From IMG/VR virus record IMGVR_UViG_3300010371_000005, positions 1 to 59,432 of that record: 59,432 nt of DNA; one strand, given 5' to 3'. This document shows, piece after piece, positions 8,697-17,979 of the stretch (its first letter is position 1; every line of letters starts with the position of its first letter). This DNA is from a virus (Duplodnaviria; Caudoviricetes). The notes beneath the pieces were generated by a model, which was not told the origin of the DNA, did not search any database, and worked only from the letters and a program-made list of their open reading frames with translations. Position numbers and translations under genes: made by a program.

Positions 8697-10882
8697 CACC
8701 GCACCGCCGACAGTTCGGCGACCCGCTCCCGGGCCAGCTCGATCAGCTCCGGCGCCTCGTGCACACCGGCCTTGACGATCTCCGCCCAGAGCGCGCTGCC
8801 CTCGGCCAGGGACGACACCGAACCGATCCTGCGGGCGTACGCCTCCACCACCGTGAGCACCGGCGCCGGCCGCAACAGGCCCCACGTCTGCGCCTTGCTC
8901 TTGGCTTGCGAGCGCATGCGGTCCACCCGATGGCACAGTTCCAGCGCCTCACGTCCCTTGTCCAGGTCCACGTTGAAGAAGTCCACGCCGTCCGGGTCGC
9001 CCGTGCTGGTGGCCGCGTCCGCGTAGTGCAGGCCGTTGACCGGCATCCACGCCACCACTGCGAAGTCCTGCGCGACCGTCGGCATCTCGACGTAACAGCA
9101 CCGCGCCCGGTCCCACATCGCATCGGCCATCGCGTACGCCGCCTGCTGCCCGCAGATCTCCAGCCACGTCCAGAACTTCTTCTGCGAGTTGTGCGTGGGA
9201 ACCATACGTTCGCCACACAGGTATGTGCTCGTGGGTGAGTCGACCGCGATGCAGGCCGTCGGCACGTCGGGCCCCGGCTCGATCGACACGATGAGTCGCC
9301 GTCGAGATCGAGTCGTCGACTTGGTCGATGCCGCAGCCTGATCGGCTTTCCGGGGCAGACGGAACGGATTGATGCCGACCGGAGTGAAGGCGACATGATA
9401 CGAGATCACGTTCTTCCCGAATCCGGTCGTCGGCACCTCAGCCACATGAGGGCGCTGCCCGAGACTGAGCAGAAGTTCCTCAACCTGTGCCGCCAACGCC
9501 TTTTTGGTCGTGTAGAACACCGCGGTCTTGCGTGCCGTGTTCCATGTCCCGTCGGTGTCCATCAGGCCTTGCAGCAGTCTAAGGCGCTGAGCGATCGACG
9601 CCCGGAGGTAGACATCAGGGATGTGCTTGTTGCCCAGCATCCCTCCGTGACGGAGCTTGGTTCGCATCCCCCTGACGCACCATCGCACTGCTTCGGTTGA
9701 CCCGTTCCAGCTCTGGGTGATCTTCCCGATCTGGTGACCGTCGGCGCGCATGATCTCCAGCAGGTCACGCATCGAGGTGATGACAGATCCCATCGTCTCG
9801 CCGTCACCCAGCCAGCAGCCCATCAGGTACGGATCCAGGAAGAGATCCGCCTCCGGCAGGTCCAGTGCGCCGGCGACTGGCACCCGGTGCCATCTCTGGC
9901 CGGTGCCCGGATCCGTCAGTGTCTCGATCACCTCGGAGACCGAGCGCGCCTGAGGTTCGCCACCTTTCTTACTGCGGTCGGTCCACCAGATGTGTTCGGT
10001 ATCGCAGACCACTTCAGATCCATCATCGAACCGAACCACGTAGGTGCCGATGTTCTTCGGTTCCGACTTCGCTGTCACGGTGCACGGCTTGCCGTAGGCA
10101 TCGAACACCTGATCACCAGGCCGAACCGCCTCCATTGTCGTCCAGCCGGACGGCGTCGGGATCGGAGTCGTCAGAGCGATGCCCTTGAGGTCGCCGACCC
10201 GCCAGCACTGCGCGATCGTGTCCCAGAACAGGCGATCGTACGTGCCCGCCAGGCCGTACCGCAGCACGACCACCTTGCGCTCGATGAACTCCGGCCGGGC
10301 TTCCAGGCCTTGCGCCTGCAGGCCCTCGCGGTAGTTGCGGATCTTGCCGTGCCACACCTTCCGGGCGAAGTGCATGAGCCCGAGGTCGTCGGCCTCCGTG
10401 AAGCCGTGGAACGCCGTGCCGAGGTTCGCGCCCTCGTCAGCGCCGACCGCCGCCAGCACCTTGCCGGCGATCGACTCCAGCCCTTCGCGCATCGCCCGAT
10501 CGTCCGACCTGTCGGTGGTCGCCACCGTGGCGCACGCCAGGTCGTAGAGGTCGGGACGCTGCACGAACCCGAGCACCAGCAGCCGCTGATGCCAGAGGTC
10601 CAGCGCCCGCGCTTCAGCGATGGCCTTCACCATCGTGGTGACGCGCTGCCACCCGCCCGGCCGCTTCCCGCCGGTGCCGATCTGCAGTCGGCCGCGGCAC
10701 GTGTCGCACCACTCATTCCGTCCGACCGGGGCGCACGCGGGGCACTCGATGATCGTCAAGTCCGGCAGGCGGTAGCGGCCGGCGGTGATGCGCTCCGGGT
10801 CGTCCTCCCCATCCTGGCCGAACAGTTGCGAGGAGGTGACGAACGGATCCCCGTCCGCTCCCGCCCGGTGATCAATCGGCAT
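8696..10882 (-). CDS. PD-(D/E)XK exonuclease (RecE/Cas4-like) with intein
   Basis: RVTT, GTAFH, IER, AGTYDR, GDLK|S and Q.AAY motifs; interrupted by an intein. Confidence 0.85.
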   Translation of the reverse strand: MPIDHRAGADGDPFVTSSQLFGQDGEDDPERITAGRYRLPDLTIIECPACAPVGRNEWCDTCRGRLQIGTGGKRPGGWQRVTTMVKAIAEARALDLWHQRLLVLGFVQRPDLYDLACATVATTDRSDDRAMREGLESIAGKVLAAVGADEGANLGTAFHGFTEADDLGLMHFARKVWHGKIRNYREGLQAQGLEARPEFIERKVVVLRYGLAGTYDRLFWDTIAQCWRVGDLKGIALTTPIPTPSGWTTMEAVRPGDQVFDAYGKPCTVTAKSEPKNIGTYVVRFDDGSEVVCDTEHIWWTDRSKKGGEPQARSVSEVIETLTDPGTGQRWHRVPVAGALDLPEADLFLDPYLMGCWLGDGETMGSVITSMRDLLEIMRADGHQIGKITQSWNGSTEAVRWCVRGMRTKLRHGGMLGNKHIPDVYLRASIAQRLRLLQGLMDTDGTWNTARKTAVFYTTKKALAAQVEELLLSLGQRPHVAEVPTTGFGKNVISYHVAFTPVGINPFRLPRKADQAAASTKSTTRSRRRLIVSIEPGPDVPTACIAVDSPTSTYLCGERMVPTHNSQKKFWTWLEICGQQAAYAMADAMWDRARCCYVEMPTVAQDFAVVAWMPVNGLHYADAATSTGDPDGVDFFNVDLDKGREALELCHRVDRMRSQAKSKAQTWGLLRPAPVLTVVEAYARRIGSVSSLAEGSALWAEIVKAGVHEAPELIELARERVAELSAVR
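9188..10183 (-). mobile_element. Class 3 intein with LAGLIDADG homing endonuclease (332 aa)
   Basis: GIALTTPIPTP start, HIWW, ACIAV, VPTHN|S end; LGDG and LLQGLMDTDG motifs. Confidence 0.9.
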
Positions 10883-10884
10883 GC

Positions 10885-11307
10885 TCACTTCCCCCTGTCG
10901 TCGTGCAGTTTGGCGATCGGCCCCTTGTGCGGCGAGCGCGGATTGACGCAGCGCTCCCGGCGCTTGGCGCCGCAGGTCGGGCACGGATGCTGCAGGCGCT
11001 GGTCCCGCAACGACACCGGACTCTGAATCCCCCGCGCGGTCTGCGTCATGCGAGGGCTGACTGCGCCCTTCGGTTGCATGTTCGACAACCAGCCCACGTC
11101 ATTGATCCCCCCGCCGCGGGTGCCGGAGATGCTCGGCATACCGCGAGTGTGCTGGTGTTCCCCGGCGAGAATCCGGTGAATAGTCGTCACGTGCACGCCG
11201 TACTCAGTCGCCAGCGAACCCATGCCGGCCCCACCGGGACCCTTTTCCGCGTACCGGCGCCTGATCTCCAACGCCTGCTCTTTGCTGAGCGGACTACTCC
11301 TGCTCAT
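10885..11307 (-). CDS. HTH plus Zn-finger DNA-binding protein
   Basis: LATEYGVHVTTIHRIL HTH; CPTC..C..H finger. Confidence 0.75.
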   Translation of the reverse strand: MSRSSPLSKEQALEIRRRYAEKGPGGAGMGSLATEYGVHVTTIHRILAGEHQHTRGMPSISGTRGGGINDVGWLSNMQPKGAVSPRMTQTARGIQSPVSLRDQRLQHPCPTCGAKRRERCVNPRSPHKGPIAKLHDDRGK

Positions 11308-14168
11308 CGGTGCGCCCTTTTCTTCACGAACGTCACGAGGGGGTCGATCACCTTGGCCGCGGTGCCGGCATCGATCGCCTCCGCCACCTCACCCTTGGTG
11401 ATCAGTTCACCGTCCGGCGTCATCGGGCGAACGGGGTAAGCCTCCGGCGGAGCAAGCGGGTTCAATTCGGGTCCACCCTCCTGCACCCACACCGCGTCCC
11501 GAAAGTGCCCGAAACGCTGCGCCAGCTTGAGCGCCGGGGCGGTCGCCGGGTCCTTGCGCCACCGGGACTTCTTCGTGGTCAGCGTGGCCGTGCCGTGGCC
11601 GCCGCGCTCGGTCGCCTCCTCCTCGGCCCACGCCAGCGCCATCTCGAACGTGAGGCCGCGGTGCTCGGTCATCGCCGCGGTGGGGAACCTCTGGCCACGA
11701 CCGACCGTCTTGGCGCACCACACCACGTCGTAGGTGCCCGGCTCGCCCTCGATCGAGTCGGCCAGGAACACGTACCCGTCCGTGCCTGCGCTGAGCCAGT
11801 ACGTCCCTTCCGGCGTCTTGCCCCAGGTGCGTTTCGAGTCGGCACCGAGCGGGTCGAAGTCCTTGGTGTCGGCGGGACCGACGTACCAGGCCGGAGCGTC
11901 CGACCCATCCCCGCCGGGCTCCTCCTGCTCGTCTTCGAAGATCAGGTCTTCCATCTCCAGCAGAGACAGGTCTTCGCTGAGGTCCTCGCGGTCCAGATCG
12001 TCACGGGTGGAGAGATCCACCAGCGACTGCAGACCATGCATCCGGCTGACCCCGACCACGTCCAGGATCAGCGCGTGCCCACGATCGGCGGGCTTGAGCG
12101 ACAGGTCGGGACGCAGCACGCGACCGACCATCTGCTGGTACAGGCCGCTGCTCTTGGTCGGGCGGGCGACCACCGCACAGCTGACCGTCGGCTCATCGAA
12201 CCCCTCGGTCAGCACCATGCAGTTGCTGACCACCCGCGTCTCCCCCGACTTGAGCCGGGCCAGGATCGCGCGGCGCTCATCGCGAGCCAGCGCGCCGTGC
12301 ACGACCTCGGTGGTGATGCCCTGAGCACTGAACGCCTCAGCGAACGCGTAAGCGCTGGCTACGGTGGGCGCGAAGATCAGGCCCTTGCGATCGATCGCGT
12401 GCTCGGTGTACGCCTTCGCGACGATCTCCGGCGCCATGGCGTCCACCAGAGCCTCGCCCAGGGCGCCCTCCTGGTAGTCCCCGCCGGACTGCTTCACCTC
12501 TTTGAGGTTGAGGTCGGGAACCTCGACGCGCTTGCCCTTCACGTCCAACAGGTAGCCGGCACGGATCAGGAACGCGATCGAGACACGAATGGCCACGTCC
12601 TGCCACACGTCGGAGAGCTTGCTCTTGTCCCCGCGCACGAGAGTCGCGGTGAACCCCGCGGTGATCGGGTGCCCGTGCCATCCCGGTCGGCACGCGGTGC
12701 CGCAGGCGACCGGGTCACCATCGGCGTTGAGCGCGCCGAAGTGCTGCAGGATCGTCTGGTAGGTGCGGGCGGTGGCGTGATGGCACTCGTCCACCACGAT
12801 CAACCCGACGTTGCGCAGCTTGTTCCGGCGGGCAGCCGAGCGCAGGGACTGAACACTGGCCGAGATGATCTCCGCGTGCACCTCGTTGCGCTCGGCTTTG
12901 ACGATGCCGATCGTGCGCTCGGGGTTGACCATCGACATCTTGTGAGCGGCCTGATTCACCAACTCATCGGTGTGCGACAGGATCAGCACCCGCTTACCGG
13001 GGTTGGCACGCAGGTACTCATCGGCCAAGTGCGAGAACACCACGGTGTTGTGGGTGACGATGTGGTTCCGGGTGATCAGGTAGAGGCTGTCTGCCGCGGC
13101 GACCGTGATGCACCTGATGAACTCCGGCCGCGCCGGCTCGATCGACACGATCGAGCGAACCGGCACTCGCCGGCGCTCAGCCGTGTTTCCGGACCCCAGC
13201 TTCGCTGGAGTGCTGAACGCAGGAATGTTCTCGGGCATCATGATCCCGATCGTGTGCTCGGCAGCCTTTCCCTCACGCTGAGCAGAACGAACGTTCGCGG
13301 ACCCCCCGAGCGAACTGACCAGCTGACGAACGTCGTCAGCCAGGCCGGGTGAGGTGGTCGAGTATTGAACGGAGCGGCGCGAGGTGTCGCGCATGCTCCC
13401 ATCCCCATCCATCAGGCCGTGCAGCAGATCGATCCGCTGCTGAACCGAGGTGTTCAGATAGATCGCCGGGATCCGCTTCTCTCCAGACTTGACCCGCATC
13501 CCGAGATTCCGAGTGGCACGAGTTAGGCCGGGCAGACTGAAGCGCGGGCAAACTCCGGGAGTCGTATCCGCGACCCGATTAACGGTGGTCCAGCAGGAAA
13601 CACGCCCCGACACGTGCGGGTCCGGCGTGGTCAGCATGGTTCCGTCATGAGCAAGGCCTCCGTTCGCGATCAGCGCGCCGACCACGTACGGGTGTAGCGG
13701 CAGTTCAGAGACGTGCGGCATCATGACAGGCCGAGCCATCGGAATCCGGAATCGATAGCCGCGATCCAGCTTCAGACCTTCAGAGAGCAGGGTCTGGGTG
13801 GAGAGCATTCGGAACTCTCGCCTCGTGGTCCGGTGCCGGTAGTCGCGGACGTTCCACAGGTGCTCGCCGTCCACCGTGACACTCGACCCATCGGACAAGG
13901 TCACCAGATAGGTCGGGAGTTCGCCCCGGTCGAATACGTCAGTGACTGCGGTCGGGCGGCCATCCGACCCGAACACCAAATCTCCGGTCTTGAGATCACC
14001 CCAGCGCCGGAGCCCATTCGGGGTCGGAACCATCGTCCAGAGCGGGTGCCCCTTGCCCGCGCCGGTCGCCAGCACGGATGCCGGCCGCCAGACACCGGCG
14101 TCCCACTGCTCGTGAATCGCCTTGATCGTCTTGGTCTGGTAGTCGCGGAGCTTCGCGAGCGCGCTCAC
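11304..14168 (-). CDS. Superfamily II DNA helicase with intein
   Basis: LRDYQ, ATGAGK|T, VDECHH, TAT, LTEGFD and QMVGRVLR motifs. Confidence 0.92.
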   Translation of the reverse strand: MSALAKLRDYQTKTIKAIHEQWDAGVWRPASVLATGAGKGHPLWTMVPTPNGLRRWGDLKTGDLVFGSDGRPTAVTDVFDRGELPTYLVTLSDGSSVTVDGEHLWNVRDYRHRTTRREFRMLSTQTLLSEGLKLDRGYRFRIPMARPVMMPHVSELPLHPYVVGALIANGGLAHDGTMLTTPDPHVSGRVSCWTTVNRVADTTPGVCPRFSLPGLTRATRNLGMRVKSGEKRIPAIYLNTSVQQRIDLLHGLMDGDGSMRDTSRRSVQYSTTSPGLADDVRQLVSSLGGSANVRSAQREGKAAEHTIGIMMPENIPAFSTPAKLGSGNTAERRRVPVRSIVSIEPARPEFIRCITVAAADSLYLITRNHIVTHNTVVFSHLADEYLRANPGKRVLILSHTDELVNQAAHKMSMVNPERTIGIVKAERNEVHAEIISASVQSLRSAARRNKLRNVGLIVVDECHHATARTYQTILQHFGALNADGDPVACGTACRPGWHGHPITAGFTATLVRGDKSKLSDVWQDVAIRVSIAFLIRAGYLLDVKGKRVEVPDLNLKEVKQSGGDYQEGALGEALVDAMAPEIVAKAYTEHAIDRKGLIFAPTVASAYAFAEAFSAQGITTEVVHGALARDERRAILARLKSGETRVVSNCMVLTEGFDEPTVSCAVVARPTKSSGLYQQMVGRVLRPDLSLKPADRGHALILDVVGVSRMHGLQSLVDLSTRDDLDREDLSEDLSLLEMEDLIFEDEQEEPGGDGSDAPAWYVGPADTKDFDPLGADSKRTWGKTPEGTYWLSAGTDGYVFLADSIEGEPGTYDVVWCAKTVGRGQRFPTAAMTEHRGLTFEMALAWAEEEATERGGHGTATLTTKKSRWRKDPATAPALKLAQRFGHFRDAVWVQEGGPELNPLAPPEAYPVRPMTPDGELITKGEVAEAIDAGTAAKVIDPLVTFVKKRAHR
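13047..14051 (-). mobile_element. Class 3 intein with LAGLIDADG homing endonuclease (335 aa)
   Basis: Inserted in Walker A; GHPLWTMVPTP start, HLW, RCITV, IVTHN|T end; LLHGLMDGDG. Confidence 0.9.
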
Positions 14169-14545
14169 TTCCAGAACTCCTGAGCGTCGCCGACCTCATC
14201 ACGGGTCCAGTTCGCGCCGCCGCCACCCCGCAGGTGGTAGGTCCCCGGCGCGACCCGGTCGAACATGTCCCCGTCGCTGCCGATCAGGAAGTCCGGTTCG
14301 CCACGGTCCGCCGACGCCCACGCGTCCGAAGAAACCAGGAAGTTGCGCAGCTCGGCGTTCTCTCGCCCCAGCTCGACAACGCGCACCTCAGCGTCCGCCA
14401 GGCGGCGCAGGATCTTCGTTCGCTCCGGGTGAGGACTCTGCCGAAAGACCATGCGGACCAGCATCCGCTCCTGCGCCAGCTCGCCGGCCATGCGATTGTT
14501 CTCTGCCCGGAGGCCGGTCGGGGTCTGCCCTCCTGGCGCGCTCAC
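14165..14545 (-). CDS. Paralog array member 4
   Basis: RRLADAEVRV coiled coil and GEPDFLI..DG motif; ends WK. Confidence 0.75.
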   Translation of the reverse strand: MSAPGGQTPTGLRAENNRMAGELAQERMLVRMVFRQSPHPERTKILRRLADAEVRVVELGRENAELRNFLVSSDAWASADRGEPDFLIGSDGDMFDRVAPGTYHLRGGGGANWTRDEVGDAQEFWK

Positions 14546-14955
14546 TTCCACGCCGCCCGTACAGGCCCGTCGGAACTGCGCTCGATCTTCGCGCGATCCG
14601 GAGTGAAACCCGGGAAACTGCCGTCCGTGCGAGCGTATCGACCCTGGTCGTCCACCAGCCTCCACTCGGAGCCATCCGACTCGATCAGAAAGTCGGGCTC
14701 TCGGCCGGGGAGGTCCGGTCCGTATGCGTCCTCGATCTGCGCCAGAGGCAAGCACGGACGGCTCAAGCGCTCGACCTCACGCTCCAGCTGAGCCACGCGC
14801 ATCTCAGTATCCGCCAGGCGGCGAAGCACCGCATGGGTGTTTCCCTGGAAGAGCGTCACCCACTCAGTCAGCCCATGGTCCGACACTCGGCCCACTTCGG
14901 GAGACAGATCGAGCCCGGCAGCCCATGTAGGACGGTTCTCGTTCAGCGCGCTCAC
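14542..14955 (-). CDS. Paralog array member 3
   Basis: WAAGLDLS, RRLADTEMRV, EPDFLI, GPV..WK. Confidence 0.75.
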   Translation of the reverse strand: MSALNENRPTWAAGLDLSPEVGRVSDHGLTEWVTLFQGNTHAVLRRLADTEMRVAQLEREVERLSRPCLPLAQIEDAYGPDLPGREPDFLIESDGSEWRLVDDQGRYARTDGSFPGFTPDRAKIERSSDGPVRAAWK

Positions 14956-15338
14956 TTCCACACCTCGACGACCGGACCGTAGAGGTGATCGATCTGCGGA
15001 CGCTCCCAGTCACCCGTTCCGTCGAGCGACCGATAAACGGTCGGCTCGCGGAGTTTCTGCCAGGCGACACCCTGAACGTCGATCAGGAAGTCCGGCTCTC
15101 CGCGCATTCCGATTGCCGCTTGAAGCGCGTCCCGGTGCTCACGCTCGCTCGCCAGCTCCCACTCCAGCTCGGCAACGCGCATCTCTGCGTCCGCCAGGCG
15201 GCGCCGGATCCCGGCATGGAAATGGCGCTCCGTGAGGTGATCATCGTCGGGTCGGTACGCCTCCGACGACAGATCGAGCCCGGCAGCCCATGCGGGACGG
15301 CCGGGCTCGCTGCCCTGCTCATTCTTGTTCGCGGTCAT
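14952..15338 (-). CDS. Paralog array member 2 (leaderless)
   Basis: WAAGLDLS, RRLADAEMRV, GEPDFLID, YGPVVEVWK. Confidence 0.75.
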   Translation of the reverse strand: MTANKNEQGSEPGRPAWAAGLDLSSEAYRPDDDHLTERHFHAGIRRRLADAEMRVAELEWELASEREHRDALQAAIGMRGEPDFLIDVQGVAWQKLREPTVYRSLDGTGDWERPQIDHLYGPVVEVWK

Positions 15339-15345
15339 GCGTCCT

Positions 15346-15377
15346 ATTGTACCGACGTCAGTTGTGATGTCAACTGG
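15346..15377 (-). promoter_or_regulatory. Promoter with overlapping family B operator
   Basis: TTGACA...TACAAT on the minus strand; TCAGTTG-N6-CAACTGG at 15358-15377. Confidence 0.75.
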
Positions 15378-15555
15378 CGTCAGGGTTGTTCCGGCGACAC
15401 AGGCGCGAGTGCGAGCCGTACCCGCCGTGGCACATCCGGCAGCAGACCTTGCCGTGCTTGTTGACCCGTCGCCCGCACACGCACTTACCGGTCAGGGCGT
15501 AAAGCACCGCCCGCCGGAACTGCCGCTGCCCTTCGGTCTCCCGGATCCGGATCAT
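15370..15555 (-). CDS. Small Cys-rich protein
   Basis: CVCG..CCRMC..H...C pattern; coupled start. Confidence 0.55.
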   Translation of the reverse strand: MIRIRETEGQRQFRRAVLYALTGKCVCGRRVNKHGKVCCRMCHGGYGSHSRLCRRNNPDAS

Positions 15556-16211
15556 GACTTCAACACCTCGATCGGGCCCAGCCCGGCGGCGGCCAGAGTC
15601 GCCGCCGCGTCCTCCACCCAACCGTCCAGGATCTGTGCGGGTTCCACGCCGCCCGGCGCCAGCGACCGGTGGCCACTCAGACGATCGGCCGCCTGTCCGG
15701 CCGGCCCGCGTAGCGTCTCCACCTCGCCGTCCAGGTTGAACATCCGGTACGAGCCGTCATCGGACTTCGGATCCTGGTTGCGGCGCCCGACCAGCATGAG
15801 GCGCATGTATCGCTGCTCGGCGGCCTCGTACTTGCGGCCCCGGGTCTGGCGGCAGCGACCGCCGCACGCTCGGCACGAGTCGCTGTTCTCCGGGTCGTTC
15901 GGGCCTGGGTGCCACGCCCATTTCTCCGGATCGACATGCCAGTCGCCGAGGTAGGCGGTCTCGATCTCGGCGACCTGCCCTCCTACCTCAATCTTGTCGC
16001 CGGCCATCAACTCTCGCCAGCGCCGCGGCTCCCACCCGACGGGGGCATCCCCGTGGGTCTCGGTCTCGAAGCGATCCTCCAATTCGGCCACCCACGCGGC
16101 CAGGGCGGTACCCCCCGGCCCGACCGGTCCCGCCGTACGCGCCCACGCCCGCGCCGCCTCGATCAGGTGCAGCACGACCGCACACCCGTCCACCGGCTGC
16201 AGCGCGCTCAT
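15552..16211 (-). CDS. Hypothetical protein
   Basis: Coupled ORF with an internal H..CxxC..C insert. Confidence 0.6.
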   Translation of the reverse strand: MSALQPVDGCAVVLHLIEAARAWARTAGPVGPGGTALAAWVAELEDRFETETHGDAPVGWEPRRWRELMAGDKIEVGGQVAEIETAYLGDWHVDPEKWAWHPGPNDPENSDSCRACGGRCRQTRGRKYEAAEQRYMRLMLVGRRNQDPKSDDGSYRMFNLDGEVETLRGPAGQAADRLSGHRSLAPGGVEPAQILDGWVEDAAATLAAAGLGPIEVLKS

Positions 16212-16642
16212 CCCCACACCTCAGTCACGGGTCCGTAGGAATCCTGGATCAGCGCTCGGCTCCAGTCGATCCCATCCCCATCGAGCTGATAGGCGTCCGG
16301 GCCGAATCGGTCCCAGCGGCTACCGTCGCGGTCGATCAGAGCATCCGGCTCGGCGGGGCACTTCGGGGGACTCCCGAACACCCGCCTCAGGTCGGCCAGG
16401 TGATCCCTGCCGCACCAGCCGCAGCCGTTGTCCACCTGATTGCGCAGCAGCGACCGCCGGTCGTCACCGATCAGTTCGTTCGCGCAGTGCAGCAGGTCGG
16501 TGACCGCCTTGATCGGCCGCACGCCGTTCAGCATCGACACCACGAGGGCGGCATCGCCCGGCGCGAACATCACCCCGATGTGCTCCTCGCCCCGGTAGAC
16601 GTGCCGTGCCTGGTGGTGGCCGACTCGGTAGAGCCCGCTCAT
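16208..16642 (-). CDS. Paralog array member 1 (shares C-terminal domain only)
   Basis: EPDALIDRDG.RW..YGPVTEVWG. Confidence 0.7.
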   Translation of the reverse strand: MSGLYRVGHHQARHVYRGEEHIGVMFAPGDAALVVSMLNGVRPIKAVTDLLHCANELIGDDRRSLLRNQVDNGCGWCGRDHLADLRRVFGSPPKCPAEPDALIDRDGSRWDRFGPDAYQLDGDGIDWSRALIQDSYGPVTEVWG

Positions 16643-16920
16643 GCGACGTTCACCCGATCTTCCCCTCGTGCGTTGAGGATGGCGTGGGACTTGGCGGCGC
16701 GCAGGGTGGACATCGTGAAGCCGATACGTACCCCGAGCCGGAACAGGTCGTAAGTCAAGGCACGCGGGCCGGCCCCGCTACGGACGATCGCGTAGTCGCC
16801 GGAGACGACGCCATCGGCGGTGCGCCGCCACTTCTCCGGCAGGATCGCGGCCGGCACCGAGCGGAACAGGTGGCCGTCCACGCTGCGCCAGATTCGGGTG
16901 TCCATGTCGGCCGGCCTCAC
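16639..16920 (-). CDS. Hypothetical protein
   Basis: 4-bp overlaps with both neighbours. Confidence 0.55.
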   Translation of the reverse strand: MRPADMDTRIWRSVDGHLFRSVPAAILPEKWRRTADGVVSGDYAIVRSGAGPRALTYDLFRLGVRIGFTMSTLRAAKSHAILNARGEDRVNVA

Positions 16921-17162
16921 GGCCTCACGTCCTTGACCAGCCGGTAGCCGGTGTGGGTCGGCTGGAACCGGCGCAACTTGATCGGGCGCGGGGCGTACTT
17001 CCCCCAGATCGCACCGCCACTGGAGTTCACCCGGGCCACGATCGCGACACCGTCAGCGAGCACGACCTCTTTGATCTTGAGGTACCGTCCGGCCGAGCGA
17101 ACGTCGCAGTCCTGCCACACCTGGCCGACCTTCACCCCGTGCGGGTTGATCTCGGCGGTCAT
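16917..17162 (-). CDS. Small SH3-like hypothetical protein
   Basis: VKVGQVWQDCD.RSAGR..GYRLV pattern. Confidence 0.6.
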   Translation of the reverse strand: MTAEINPHGVKVGQVWQDCDVRSAGRYLKIKEVVLADGVAIVARVNSSGGAIWGKYAPRPIKLRRFQPTHTGYRLVKDVRP

Positions 17163-17524
17163 CGAGTCTCGTCCAGGACGGGGATGCCGAGGGCGGTCCC
17201 GAGCTTCGTGAAGATCTCGGCGTGCTCCCGGAACGACCAGCCACACTGCTCGTAGCCCATCCGCCCGATCTGCTCGGTCACCCCGTCCGTCTTGCGAACG
17301 CCGATCTCCAGCTCACGGCGCCCGCCACCGGTGTCGCCCGACAGGATGATCCTCGGAGCCGAGACGCTACGTTCCCGCAGTGCCTCGATCTGCTCGACGA
17401 TCGCGCCGGTCTTGCACGTCCGGCCACGCTCGGTGCCGCACACGTTCGGGCTGCACCCGTACATGTGATCCAGCTCAGCGAGTCCTGCCAACTCACTCAT
17501 CAGTTCTTTCGTCTTGTCGGTCAT
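17159..17524 (-). CDS. Hypothetical protein (leaderless)
   Basis: ATG 6 nt from a TACGGT -10 box. Confidence 0.6.
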   Translation of the reverse strand: MTDKTKELMSELAGLAELDHMYGCSPNVCGTERGRTCKTGAIVEQIEALRERSVSAPRIILSGDTGGGRRELEIGVRKTDGVTEQIGRMGYEQCGWSFREHAEIFTKLGTALGIPVLDETR

Positions 17525-17530
17525 GCCATG

Positions 17531-17578
17531 ACCGTACTCCCGGATCAGTTGTTATCGCAACTGATGATCCCGTAGGCT
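17531..17578. promoter_or_regulatory. Divergent promoters with central palindromic family B operator
   Basis: TCAGTTG-TTATCG-CAACTGA at 17545-17564, flanked by -10 boxes TACGGT (minus) and TAGGCT (plus). Confidence 0.75.
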
Positions 17579-17584
17579 GCCCAC

Positions 17585-17884
17585 ATGGCGAACAAGGTGC
17601 AGACACAACTACTGGTCAACCCCATCACCCGGCAGCGTGCCGATGCCCTGGCGGTGGTGATGGGTGAGCCGCGGGCCGAGATCCTGCGTCGGGCGCTGGA
17701 AGGCGGAGGGCTTACCGCACTGGAAACGGAGCACATGACCCTGCTTAACGAGCTCGGGATGATCGGATCAGTCTTGATGCCGAAAGACTTTCACCGCGAC
17801 TTCGCCGAGCGTGCGGCCAGAGACGGATTCACCCTGGCCGATCTGCGTGTGATGGAGGCTTACCCGAACACTGAGCAGGGGTAG
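17585..17884 (+). CDS. Ribbon-helix-helix-like DNA-binding protein
   Basis: VQTQLLV strand followed by two helices ending RAEILRRALE; leaderless start. Confidence 0.6.
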   Translation: MANKVQTQLLVNPITRQRADALAVVMGEPRAEILRRALEGGGLTALETEHMTLLNELGMIGSVLMPKDFHRDFAERAARDGFTLADLRVMEAYPNTEQG

Positions 17885-17979
17885 GGTCAGCGGTCCGAGC
17901 CGGAAAAGAAACGAGCCCCAGGGGGCGTGACCCCGGGGCTCGAACCTGTCCCTTCACAAAGACACGCGGAGAATAACAC

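Noticed and set aside
8696-10882. Cas4 or CRISPR system
   Set aside because: No repeat-spacer array or other cas genes are present. The context indicates a phage recombination exonuclease.
14165-16642. Diversity-generating retroelement behind the paralog array
   Set aside because: No reverse transcriptase, and no adenine-specific template/variable repeat pair was seen.
17914-17952. GGTTCGA on the minus strand as a fifth tRNA-like element
   Set aside because: The flanks do not form a T-stem or acceptor stem. It overlaps a simple terminator-like hairpin.
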